A stretch of DNA of 64,000 nt from Azolla caroliniana (Eukaryota; Plantae; Polypodiophyta). The notes under the pieces were generated by a model. The model ran no database searches. It had not been told where the DNA came from and was given only the letters and a program-made list of their open reading frames with translations. Location: positions 5,270,001-5,334,000 of the forward strand of contig JBHGNT010000011.1 of NCBI GenBank assembly GCA_043228905.1, written 5' to 3'. This document shows positions 38,290 to 50,600 of the stretch, one piece after another (position 1 is the stretch's first letter; every line of letters starts with the position of its first letter). The translations under genes were made by a program, and so were the position numbers.

Positions 38290-40080
38290 CTGCATTATTC
38301 ATTCACAATTTGATTAGGTAGTACTTTCATAACTCATTCAAAATTTCAAGAAATTTCAAGAGATTTCATCTACATTCCCATTCTACAGATCACTTATACA
38401 TCTTGACAACACATGGTGCAATATAGGCTTAACTAAGTACATTCAGGTTTTAGGCACAATAGATGGGTTTATTGAAAACATATAGTAAGGGATCCACCAA
38501 TCCTTGGTTGGCGCGTTTACGATAAGTTTAGCCACATTCACACAACATTTCTATTTCATAAAATAACACAAGAAGATGGGTTTTAGTGAGGCACAACCCA
38601 AATGGCCAAATAAATCAAAGGTGACATTTGTTGAGTTTACCTAATAGTTGATAAAAAAATTTGGAACATGGCTATTTGATATTTAGTGAGTGAACAAGTC
38701 TTTGATATATGGTGAATTGACTCATTGAGTGAAATTGATGACAGTAATATCTTAAGCCATATAGTTAACAAACAATGCCTTACCGCAACGAAGATGTCCC
38801 TAGTGACAATAGAATAGCCTGACCATACCGCGCCATTAAGAAAATTGAAAAGAGAAAGGAGAAATGGCATATATTCTACACTCCTTGTCCTGATCACCAA
38901 ACCCTGCCAAATTTACTTATCCGAATTATTATGTTGTCAACAAGGTTTTAACTTTTCTTTTAATCAATTTGCAAGGTGACCACATTCTACACTCAAGGTT
39001 ATGATTTGGATATCATTACTATTAATGATAAAGACTATTCATATATGGGAAGGGTCATATTAAGTACTCACCATAACAGAAAGTGGAGAAGCATACATGG
39101 CAATAGCTACTACCACACACATTGACCCTGCAGCGAGTTGGCGTGTGTTGAGTGTGTGGAGACCCAACATTATCACCAATATCACTAGAGAGTATACTGC
39201 CACTATAGCCATCATCCACTTCAACATTTGCATCTGCACTCCCCAAATATATGATCACCCACCCAAAATGAATTTTGTTTTGAGAAATTGGAAGCCTTTG
39301 TATAGTTTAGTGGGGGAAATGTAGAACTATCACATTTCTCTTATCACAATTAATGGCTATAGGATAAAAATTGTAACCAAATGTTGATTGTATCATATGT
39401 TGCAGATATATAATACATCAGTAACAATATTAAATTTCGTACTACACATACAATATCGAATATGCTAATAATCAATGTTTGTAGTCATCACATGATGTTT
39501 GTGCAACATGTCTACTCTGTAGGGGTGGGTTGTAAGATGACCTATGGCCATAGTAACTCTAACTAGAATGTGCTTGATATATCAACTAGTGTCTTTCCTT
39601 TGGTTATGATTGATTATAACAAAGCTACAATTATGTCTATATCTAGTTGGTGGCTATACGTGCTTACTTCGTGTGTGACTTAGGAAAATATTTATAGACA
39701 TATATATTGTCAATCATTGGTCCTATCTAGGTTTATTGTATTGTGACCTATCTAGGTCTAATGAAAATCTCTCGCACCTCTCCTAATGTTTGCACAATGA
39801 CATGCGATATAATATGGGGGCACTCTAATTAGCTAGCGATGATTACTACCTTCTTCTGCTTGGTCGTGAACGTGAAGAAGATGACGATGTAGACGAGCTC
39901 GAGCACGATGCCGAAGCCATTGATGGTAAGTATGAGGACACTATGGGGCTTGACGAAGGGCATGCCATAGAGGACCCAGAGCAGGCAGTTGAAGAGCGTG
40001 CACACATACGGCAAGCTCGAGAACTCCTCAGTCGACCGTTTCTTCACAATCTTGTAAAACGTCGGCCTGACCTCAACAAA

Positions 40081-40117
<37 letters not shown>

Positions 40118-40929
40118 AATACATACCATCTATACATATACCATCTATACATCTATACATATAATATACCACCTATACATATAGGTCATCTATACATACA
40201 ATATGCCATCTATACAAATAATCAATACATAATGATGATTATTATGATAAAACAAGGAAAAAGAACCAAAATAACAAACAAAAATGCTTTTCAGTCTAAA
40301 AATGCTCCTAGCTCTAGAATGTCCTCCAAAAATTATGTGAAAATATTTCTTTAGTTCATTTCTTCTTCTTTCTTACGCTGGGGACAAGAACAACGCCGTC
40401 GCAGTCGCATTTCCTGCACACAGAGAAACAGAAGAAGAAGAAAGAAAAACATCAATCAGTCGATGATTCCTTTCTTTAAAAATTTAATTGATTGTTGTTG
40501 CTATAATTTGATCTTCATAGGTTTTTATCCTGGAGCTCTAATTTGATTAGTAGTAATAGTAGTAATAATCCTCCTCTTATGTTCTTCTTTATTTTTGGTT
40601 GTCTTTTTCTTTCATCCTGTTCTCTAAGTTTGGTAAGTCATCATTATTTTTGGTTGGATTAAAACTGGATGAAATGCTGAGATTATGATAGATTATTGCC
40701 AGATATTGCAAATACAAAAAAATGGGCAATTCAATTCTAATACTTCAAAAGACAAATGTATAGGATTAAATAAGGCAATTCTGTTCTAGATTTTAATGGG
40801 GGGAAATCGGAACATGACAGGTTTTGATTCCATTGAATGGCATACATATAATGTGATGTATAATTTGCAGAGCAGGTTTGAGGGGGGCATACCAATCATG
40901 CCAAAGGCAAGTTTCAAATCCAAAGGCAT
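38083..40929 (-). CDS. SWEET: SWEET (MtN3/saliva) bidirectional sugar transporter, 6 coding exons, 259 aa, most like clade II (SWEET4-7 type)
   Basis: Exons 40929-40893, 40413-40377, 40066-39850, 39233-39072, 38903-38784 and 38289-38083 (37/37/217/162/120/207 nt; total 780). All introns are GT-AG and phases are consistent. The spliced protein is MPLDLKLAFGMIGNATATALFLSPAPTFYKIVKKRSTEEFSSLPY...TINGFG...MYASPLSVMGLVIRTRSVEYMPFLLS...IPNGLG...AQLVLY, carrying both MtN3 repeats. Exon sizes match the canonical plant SWEET structure. Confidence 0.95.
38784..38903 (-). CDS. SWEET: SWEET exon 5
   Basis: GLVIRTRSVEYMPFLLSLFNFLNGAVWSGYSIVTRDIFVA; GGCAG acceptor and GTAAG donor; 120 nt. Confidence 0.95.
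39072..39233 (-). CDS. SWEET: SWEET exon 4
   Basis: MQMLKWMMAIVAVYSLVILVIMLGLHTLNTRQLAAGSMCVVVAIAMYASPLSVM; TGCAG acceptor and GTGAGT donor; 162 nt. Confidence 0.95.
39850..40066 (-). CDS. SWEET: SWEET exon 3
   Basis: PTFYKIVKKRSTEEFSSLPY...TINGFG; AG/GT boundaries; 217 nt. Confidence 0.95.
40085..40220. repeat. (AC)n microsatellite plus CATCTATACATAT-type short tandem repeats in SWEET intron 2
   Basis: (AC)14 at 40085-40113, then about 6 degenerate CCATCTATACAT units. Confidence 0.85.
40377..40413 (-). CDS. SWEET: SWEET exon 2 (GNATATALFLSP-A)
   Basis: TGCAG acceptor, GTAAG donor, conserved GN...LFLSP motif. Confidence 0.93.
40893..40929 (-). CDS. SWEET: SWEET exon 1 (MPLDLKLAFGMI-G)
   Basis: ATG at 40929, 37 nt, followed by donor GTATG. 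Confidence 0.85.
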
Positions 40930-41239
40930 TTTTACTTGTGAATTCAAGTAATTTCCAAGCCCTCCCAATGGTCTAATGAGATCAAATTAATGCTCTCTTA
41001 GATTAGAGTTGTTGTGTGAAGACTAATTATGTGGGAAGGAGGAGAGGTTCTGCCACAACCTGAAATCATTCACCTATATATTGGATGGATGGATAAATGG
41101 ATAGATGAATTTGGGGGGTGGTGGTGGTGGTTTTATGAAACAAAACCTACCAAAAGAAGAGAAAACAACCAAATATAAAAATGGAAAGGAAGGGAAGGGA
41201 GAAGGGGAGAGTGTCTTTGTGTATGAAAGACAATCCTAG

Positions 41240-41256
41240 GATTTATATTATATAAT
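41240..41256 (-). promoter_or_regulatory. Putative TATA box of the SWEET gene
   Basis: Minus strand reads CATTATATAATATAAAT about 310 nt upstream of the ATG, followed by a pyrimidine-rich leader and preceded by CT/CA microsatellites. Confidence 0.5.
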
Positions 41257-41264
41257 GGTACACA

Positions 41265-41289
41265 CAAGAGAGAGAGAGAGAGAGAGAGA

Positions 41290-41337
<48 letters not shown>

Positions 41338-41355
41338 TGTGTGTGTGTGTGTTTG
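41265..41355. repeat. Compound (GA)n/(GT)n microsatellite in the SWEET promoter
   Basis: Alternating GA and GT dinucleotide runs are directly visible. Confidence 0.9.
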
Positions 41356-41786
41356 TGGGCTAGTGTGTGGCTAGCTAGGTGGGCTAGAAAGAGACACATA
41401 CACAAACACATAGTGCCCTAACCACCAAGTTTCCACCTTAATGCTCTTCTTACCTCCTCCATGTATATATGCTTTATCGGACATATTTTATTGTAGTGCA
41501 AACACACACATCCAAGCTCTCTCGCTCACCCTCGGAATAGAAGTTAATATACCCATGCGCGCACCATCACGTAATCACATACACACTCCTTGATCGGTTG
41601 TTATTCATTCATTCATCACTAGCTTGACCACTCTCGCAACCCGAGGACTCTTTCCAGCACACTCTCGTCACAAAGTAATACAACCTCCAATATTATTCTA
41701 ATTTACACCATCTACTTCTATTTGAGTCCCACCTCTAGTTTAGTTAGAGGAAACAACATCTCTATTTCTACATTGTGCAGGTTTTG

Positions 41787-41930
41787 CCATCTTTATTGAC
41801 ATTGTGGTATATATGGTCTATACTGAAAAATTCGAATGGTACATAGGGAAATTGTTATCTATCTTCATTGACATTGGTGATATATGTGGTCTACACTCAG
41901 ACATTCAATGGTACACAACGAAATTGTTAT
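41787..41930. repeat. Diverged tandem duplication, 2 x ~72 bp, upstream of SWEET
   Basis: ATCTTYATTGACATTG...TGGTCTAYACT...AATGGTACA...GAAATTGTTATC occurs twice. Confidence 0.75.
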
Positions 41931-43159
41931 CGCAATAGTGCTAGAAAGGAGTGTGGTACATTTCCATCTACAAATACACAAAAACACGTAATGGATCTGT
42001 TGTGTGTTTAATGGGATATTGAATCCACAATCTCATGGCTCTCTCCCTCCCCTACATAGTAATTGTATTAAGCACAAAATCGACAATCATAGTATCGTGA
42101 GGTGCAACAATATTTTCTAGCAAACCACATCCAATTCGCCATCATATCCCTCATCATTTAAATCCTTCTGTTGTGAACCTATTTGGTAATGCTATCTAAT
42201 AGACAATGTGAATGGCAAACATGACTTCCTAGAAGGCTTCAACAACAACTCTCTAACAATGAGACATAGCATGCCATTATGCTCTTCATGTAACAAATGT
42301 GTCTTTTAACTCCATAATGAGCATGAAACACAAAACACAATCCACATATGCTCTTTCTCATGTCTTTTATCTCATCAACTTATACGTGGGAAGTTCTTAC
42401 ACCATTTACAAGTACCAAGGATGCAAAACTATACAATACATAGGGGCAAATGCGCCCTTTGCATTACAAGGTTCCCCATAATTGGCAAGTAGGACTATAC
42501 CTCACATACATTTATAGTCGAGGTTTCACATAATCTATGATTTGTTAGGAACATCCACAAGACCTACATCATGTGGCCATGACTCTAAATTGACTTTCAT
42601 GCTCCTCAATCAATATTGTGTCATGAGCAAGGCTACAACCCTAATTGTCAATGTAATGATATCAATTCTATCAATTAAAGATTCAAAAGTAGTAATCTTG
42701 CGATTGATTTGTACTCAATTCCCTAGAGAATTTACTACTCATCATGCATGTTTGTAACAACACAAACTAAGAGTTCAATACTTTGATTATGGGACTTAGC
42801 ACTTGGGACTTCCTCTCCCATGTGTTTATCCTATAATTTCATTTTACTTGTGTGTATATATTTATTGGATACAAAATTTCAGCCTCTTTAGTGATTGGAT
42901 AGGATATTGGGATTTTACCAAAACCTAATGATGCATATTTCCCTTTTATTACAGAGCGTGCTAATGATGAGAACATATTAAGGCTACTTAAGCGCATCGA
43001 TCAATTTCGAGTGAAGAACAGGAGGCAAACATATGATACCCATCGGTATCTTATACCATAGAATATTGTCTCATGTTATAGGCTGGTTGTTGAAATAACA
43101 AATCTAGATACAAGAGCTTACCCTAACTAATAAAGACTTAACAACGTCTCAAGATATCA

Positions 43160-43532
43160 TAATTCATTTTTATAAGAAATGATCAACACAAATGTTACAA
43201 ATGACTTGAAATAGAGGCACCAATGTCGGATGCTAAATTCCTCTTCAAGTATAACTTTTTTGTTTATTTAGATAAAGATCAACCTTTCTTAATCTAGAAG
43301 ACGATCTGCTTTTTCCAAAGACAAGGGAGAAGGGGGTAGCTAATTCATTTTTATAAGAAATGATCAACACAAATGTTACAAATGACTTGAAATAGAGGCA
43401 CCAATGTCGGATGCTAAATTCCTCTTCAAGTATAACTTTTTTGTTTATTTAGATAAAGATCAACCTTTCTTAATCTAGAAGACCTTTCTTAATCTAGAAG
43501 ACGATCTGCTTTTTCCAAAGACAAGGGAGAAG
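43160..43532. repeat. Near-perfect tandem duplication of 173 bp, second copy with an internal 19-bp duplication
   Basis: Copies 43160-43332 and 43341-43532 separated by GGGGTAGC; ACCTTTCTTAATCTAGAAG is doubled in copy 2. Confidence 0.95.
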
Positions 43533-43633
43533 TAAATTGTGATTAGTGATATGACTACTCCTTCAAATCATTGATGGAATGAATATGCTACCCATTACTC
43601 GGGGGTGGGCAAGAAAACTTGTTATGTACTTGA

Positions 43634-46600
43634 TGTTGGAGACGAGGCCGTTAGTGCGGAACACAAACAACACTAACAATGATGAAGACCAACAAGTGGA
43701 TGCAGACAAGAGTAAACAAGATGACCAAATGAAGCCAAGCATAAACAACTTAACAAAGATCAACATCAAGAACATAATGTGAGAGAGAGACATAGAGGCA
43801 CAACGTTGTAACTGTATTACCCAAACCTCAAAGTTTTAATACAAAAGAATGGTACACTAACATCTTCCTAAACTAGGGCAACTGCCCTTTAGTCTAACTA
43901 CAGAAATGTCCTAAACCTAGTCTGTCCAAATAGGACAGTGTGAATACGTCCATTATACCCCGTATTCGACACTCTCCCGTAATAGGCGTATATAACAAGA
44001 AAGAGAAAAAATTTGTAAGTAAAAGAATATACAAAGTACAAATTTGCAAAAGGATGTTGGACAAATCGGCTTATAGCCGAATCAACAATGGTTGAAAGCA
44101 AATGCCAAATCAAGTAGAGGTATTGAAGCCGAATCGGCAATGCCGATTACTGAAGGCTGAATTTCAAAAGTGTCGAAGCCAATTGTCTGATATCTCCTTA
44201 CACCCATATGGTGCCATATAGACCGAAATCGATTAGCCAGAAGAAATGTGGTCATCCCATTTGCTACATTGTCACTCATAGTAATTTTCTTGAGGCCGAG
44301 CTTTCCTTTAGTAACACAGTCCTAAATGAAGTGACATCAAATGTCAATATGCTTCGAAGCATTATGGTGAACCGAATTTATCGATAGAGCGACAACACCC
44401 TAACTGTCGCCATACACAACTAGAACCGAATTGGAGTTTTCTTGTCGAAACATACACGCCAACCAACCGACCCATAAGGCTTCTTTGTCGTGTCCAACGC
44501 GGCTACGTATTCGTCTTCGGTCATTGAAGTAGTTGTGCATGCCTGAAGTTTTGACTTCCATGAAGTTGCTCCCTTGCCGAATTTGAAGCAATATTCGGTT
44601 GTTGACTTTCGATTGTCTAGGCAGCTAGCAAAGACCAAGTCAATGTAGCCGAAAATGCTTGAGTCCTTATTCCGGCTGAAGAGGATGCCATAGTCTTTTG
44701 TGCCCACTAGGTATCTAAACACATGCTTGACTGCGATCAATGTGATTGGCCAAGGTTGTGCATGAATCTGTTGACAAATCCTACGACGCGAGCAATGTCT
44801 AGCAGTGTCACGACCATCGCATACATTAAGGAGCCGAATGTCGGTGCATATGGTACCGACTCCATGATATCCTCCTCTGAACCGGATGTTAGATAGTATC
44901 GCGGAGACAACCAAAGGCTAATAGGGAGTGGGGTCGAAGCTGATTTTGGTAATTACATGTTGAAGCGTTCCAAGACACGGGTGATTTAGTCGGCTTGAGA
45001 CAAGAATAGTTGTTCTTTGATCTGGAGTCGGCTAATTTTTATGCCTAGAATGTGTCTTGTTAGACCTAATTCCTTCATGGAAAACTTCAACTACAATTTC
45101 TGAATGAGATCGGCAAGCTCTCTGGCATACCGGCCAGAGACAAACATGTCGTCCACGTAAAGGATGAGGAAGATGGGTGTATTGAGTTGTTTTCAAGAAA
45201 AGGGAATGGTTCTCATCACTCTTGGAGAAACCAACCGATTGTATGAAGTCGTCGAACTTCTTATACCATTGACTTTGGGCCTATTTCAAGCCGTATAGAC
45301 TCTTCTTGAGTTGGCGAACTACATGTTCTTGACCAGCAATAACAAAGACTTTCGATTATTCCATGTAAATCTGCTTGTCTAGGACACCATGGAGGAATGC
45401 CATCTTTACATCTAACTGAATTAGCTCCAAATTTTCGGCTACCACTACGCTAAGAATAAAGTGAAAAGATTTCATTGAAGTCGACATCATATTCCTGCCT
45501 GAAACCCTTTGCTACTAGTCTGGATTTGTACTTAGGGCCGATCGAATTTGACATCTCTTTTAATCTATAGACTCATTTAAAAGCAAGACCATGCCGATTC
45601 TTCGGTAATTCAACCAAGTTCCATGTCTTATTATGCCGGATTGAGTTCATTTCTAACTCCATCGCCAAATACTAGGTGGTCGAATCAACACATGCCGATG
45701 TTTCTTCGTATGACGTCGATTCATCGATGCTTGTGAAGTAAATTTTGGGAGAATATATCTCTGGAGGCTGTGACAGTCTCTCTCATCTGCGGGATATGAC
45801 TAGGCTAGCCGGATCGGGTAAGTTAGTCAAATGGTTCGGACCCACAACATTCAGTTGTGCCAAATCGGGATGATCAGAATCGGTGTTGGATTTTTCAACT
45901 ACCCGTGAAGCCAACCTTGTGTTTTGGGCTAGTCCGTCAAGAAGAGCCAACACGTTTGAAAAGACTACTCTTCGAACTTCAATTGGCCTTCTAGCCGTCT
46001 TATGCATATCCGACTCATTGAAAACCACATCCGAACTTCAAACAATTTGTCTATTTTCGGGGTCGTAGAGACGGTAACCAAATTGGCCATCTGGTCCATA
46101 ATCAAGGAAAATGCATTTCCTGGACCTAAACTCTAATTTTCTGTGATCATCCTTTGGCATGAGAGCGAAGGCTTCGCAACCGAAAATCATCAACTTATCG
46201 TAATTTGGCTTCTTTCCAGTTCATAACTTCGGAGGAATTTGAAGTCATGGAAGCCTACTCGGCGATTTATTGATTATGTGTACTACCGTAACTAGAGCCT
46301 TTGCCCAGAAACCATCCAACAATCCGGAGTGTTGCAACATGGCGACAATTCTTTCCTGAATTGTATGATTCATTCTCTCTAAGACTACGATTCCGTTTTG
46401 CCTTGGACTGTGGGGTGTTGTAAATTCACGTTAGATGTTGCACTACCCGCAAAATCTGATGAATTCTTCAGACTTAAACTCTCCTCCATTGTCAGAAGAC
46501 AAGCATTTCAGCTTCCGGTCGGACTAGTTTTCCACCATTGCAAGCCAATCTTGAAAGATTAAGAACACCCAGTTTTTGGTTATGGCCGGATACGCACACA

Positions 46601-47624
46601 CCTTCCTTGTCGAGTTGTCAGTAAATGTGAAGAAGTAGGAGGCACCACCGAGATATTAATGTGGCATCAGCCCAAAGACGTTTGAATGGACCAAATCGAC
46701 CAAACTCAATTTTCTCGGTGCGGTCGTGGGGTGTGAGGTTGCAACTTGCTTGCCATATTGGCAATGCTCGTAGAACTGGTGATCTGAAAAAGAGAGTTTG
46801 GGAATGTCGTCGGCTCTGGATAAGTGCGTGATGTTGACCTTGCTGAGATGTCTGAGTCCGATGTGCCATAATGATGACATAGAGATATCTACTACAAACA
46901 AGTCACCATCTCTGAGTGTGACGTATAATGGGTACAATGAGTGTACCTTTGGACTTTGAGCAAGCAGGAGGTTCCCCCTATGGAATGTCCACCTTCTTGA
47001 TGAGAAGTCGGCATGAATGCCTCTTCCAATTCCGATTATGGCACAATGTTGCTAATTGCCGACTCAAACTGAGTCGGAATGGTGGGTTGAATATTGTTGA
47101 ATTTGTGATCTATGAGGAGTTACATGATATAACGCACCCAACTCAAGAAGCCAAGTCTTTGACTCTTCAATCGTAAGTAGAACTCCTGATTTGAATGAGT
47201 TCTCGATAAACAGTATATTCGAGTCATTTGTCAAAACTTCCGCTAATGAGTCGACAAAGTTGACCTCCTCCTTTTGGCCACCCTTTTGATCAACTCTTTG
47301 AGCTTTATCATTCTTCGCCTTAAGGGTGTGACAATCGCCCTTAATACATCTGAGTTTCTTACAATAATTTCAAATTCTGGAGTCCCTAGACTTGCTCTGG
47401 CTTTACACATTTGTTGGCTGCTAGGAAGAACTTCTTCCCCAAGTATTCAGTCAGTCAACTAAACTTTGTACTACAAAGGTATCCTTAACCGAATCGTGAA
47501 CAAATGATCTTCTACGAGTGTCTTCCGTCAAAATTGAGCTCTTACCTTCGGAGTAATTCACGGTTGTTCCGAACGCATTGCACATAGTGGCGACGTATGT
47601 TTCCCAAGAAGGGGGTAGGTTGCT
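43634..47624 (-). mobile_element. Degraded Copia (Tnt1/family C-related): gag remnant, IN, RT, RH, PPT, 3' LTR (43971->~43634)
   Basis: LPPSWETYV, CEHCQYGKQ-like (FYEHCQYGKQ), DLVHSNVFG, ILYVDDM and TSWKSKLQ motifs; PPT ATTACGGGAGAG followed by TGTCGAA; distal LTR end uncertain. Confidence 0.85.
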
Positions 47625-50600
47625 GTTGAGAATCAAACTCAACATCCCGTGTGTGGTAACACACTCTAGGATACTCAAGTGTGTAAACACCCCACCTCCT
47701 TGTATAGTAACTAGTGTTCATAGGATATTAATGTTCTATGACACATATTCTTTAAGTAGTTAAGACTCGACCTCCTTCCCAAGAGGCGACTCTAGTGAGA
47801 GAATTTAGAGAGAAGGTGACTACATAAGCACCTTCTCCTTCTCTTTGTAATTGTTGGTCATTCTTGTTTTTCCTTGTAATACAGTTTTTTGTTTTTCGGT
47901 AACTCTCTGTCTCGCTCCCTCCCTCCCTCTCTCTCTACACACACACACAAAGTTCTTCCGCTGCACAGAATCATCCCTCGATTCTTTACATGGTATCAGA
48001 GCACGTGGTTTCTTGATTGAAGCCCATCCACTCTACGTGTGTTGTGCCCAACCCTCGTTCGAAAAGAACCGGTTGATCATTGTGGCAGCAATATGCACAA
48101 TTCGCATCAAGAAGAAGAAGAAGAAGCTCGAGATGAACACTCAGATGGGAAGCGCTCTTCCTACTGAGAATCTTGATAGAAACAACTTTGCAACTTGGGA
48201 GTACAAGATGCACCAATACCTTGTTGGCCAAGGATATTGGAGTTACAACAATGAAGCAAACGAAAATCAACCCAACCCAACACATGTCGACTACCCAACT
48301 TGGGAGCAAGCGGCGAGTCGTGTGTTGTACGGCCTTGCATCATGCTTCCATGATCACATGCTTGGCCACATCCGAGAGGCCAAAATGCCGAAGGAGTCGT
48401 GGGGGAACCTCAAGAAGATTTTCGCAACCAACACAACCGCAAGAAAGCTTCAACTTCGTCAGAAGTTGAACGGTATACAACAGAGGGACATGTAAATCAG
48501 TAGATACACCTTGAAGATCAAGGAGTTGTGCGGTGCCCTCGGGTTGATCAACGTTAGCATTAATGATGATGAAATGGTACAGATTGGCCTCGGAGGCTTA
48601 GCACCTCGGTTCAGAACCATTCAATCGGCAATCCTCACGAGGGAGAATCCTCCCTACTTCAATCTCTAGTCGATGTTGTTGCTGGTCAAGGAGAATCATG
48701 TTCGAACAAGAAGCAATGTGCAAGAAGGACACATGCTCTATTTAAATTTTGATGGAGGAAGAGGACAAGTTCATGGAAGAAGAGGCTGATTCGGCCAAGG
48801 TCGACACAACCATGAGCAACCTTGAGAACATAACTTCTATTACCAACGCATGAGGTGGAGCATCCAGAAGAAGGGGGAGCAATCATGCCGGACCCAGCCG
48901 ACAAAACAATTCCGTCAAGTGTGGATATTGCGGTAAATCCAGCCACTATGAGGCAGAGTGTCGAAAAAAGAAGAGGGAGTCGGCTTCCAGAAGCTGACAA
49001 CTCACTAACTACGCCTCAAACTCCGACTACGATGATCGTGGCAAAATGTTCATGATGCAACACAAAGAGAATCCGATGACAACATCATCGCTGACAAGCA
49101 TCTCCGACTCGGATAATGTATGGTTTGTCAATTGGGGTGCATCCAATCACATGACGTCTCATGCAGATTGGTTTCGAGAACTCCGAAAGCCTGATCGACT
49201 CGACTATGTTGAAACTGGGGATGACACAATTCACCCGATTCAGCATGTCGGCAATGTCCCGTTTGACAAAAAGGGCAATCAGACCTACATAAAAAATGTC
49301 TTGCATGTTCCTACAATAACAAAGAATCTGGTCTCGGTCAGCCAGATTGTGGAACAGGGCACGGAAGTTTGGTTCAACGATGGAGGTTGCTTCATCGAAA
49401 AGGAAGGCCGAATTATCGCTTGTGGTCAAAGAGATAGCCGAATGTTCATCCTCGATTCTCACGAGATGAAATTGGCAATGTATGCCAAGGGCCGAAAGGC
49501 CGACACTGACATAGAGCTATGGCACAGACGGATTGGCCACACTAACCTCCAAAAGCTCAAAAGAATGCAGACGAAAGGAGTCATCATTGGACTTTCGAGT
49601 TTTACCGAAAAGGAGAGTACTCGCGTATGTGAAGCCTGCCAATTCAGCAAACAACATCGTCAACCATTCCCGAAAGAGAGGAACATGAGCAAAGGAATCT
49701 TGAATGTAGTGCATTCAGATGTATGGGGACCAGCCCAAACGACAACATTTGGTGGTTGCGGATACTGCGTGACATTCATCAAAGACTTCTCCAGCAACAC
49801 TTGGATCTACAATATGCAGTAGAAGAGCAAAGTGTTTGGACACTTCCAAAAGTTCAAAAACGAAGTCGAAAAGGCAACCGGCCGGCATGTCCCATGCCTT
49901 CGATCGGACGGGAGAAAACAATACTTCTCTAACGCCTTTACAACATACCTTCATCAAGAAGGAATGCGAAGGGAGTATACCTACCGACACACACCTCAGC
50001 AGAATGGAGTAGCCGAACGCAAGAATCGGCACATACTCGAGGTGCCAAGGGCACTAGTGAATGAGAAACATCTGCCAAAGTCATATTGGGCTGAAGCGGC
50101 GAATACGGCCATCTATCTGATGAATCGTTGTACAACATTAGGAGTGCACGATATTACCCCCCATGAAGTTTTACGGTGAGAAACCGAACCTATCCCCATG
50201 TTAGGATATTCGTTTCAATTGCATATGTACATATTCCCGACGAGAAACGGCAGAAGCTCGATCCAAAGTTGGAGAAATGTATACTCGTAGGGTACTTACT
50301 CGAGAAAAAAGGGTATAAGTGCTTCAACCTTTCCACCAAGTTACAAGGTACGAGTGAGTAGGGATGTAGTATTCGACGAGGTGGCATCTTTATATACAGT
50401 CAAATCAGCCCCATCCAACACATGGAAATCGAGTTCGACACAGATGCGAAGGATGATTGATCTAGGCCCACATCAGAGGAAAGTCCAACCTCAACCAGGT
50501 TGAGTAGACCATAAATTCACCCAAAGCGACCAAAGCACATTGCGGCCAAGTCCGAAGACAGATACCAAAGGTAAGGCCAAAATGCCTGAGCACGAAGACT

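Noticed and set aside
41400-41465. Alternative SWEET first exon ATGGAGGAG|GTAAG
   Set aside because: Phase 0 is incompatible with exon 2; 40929-40893 fits the conserved size, phase and sequence.
42945-43630. Possible decayed coding sequence after a TTACAG acceptor
   Set aside because: Multiple stops and no motif I can recognise; needs a translated search.
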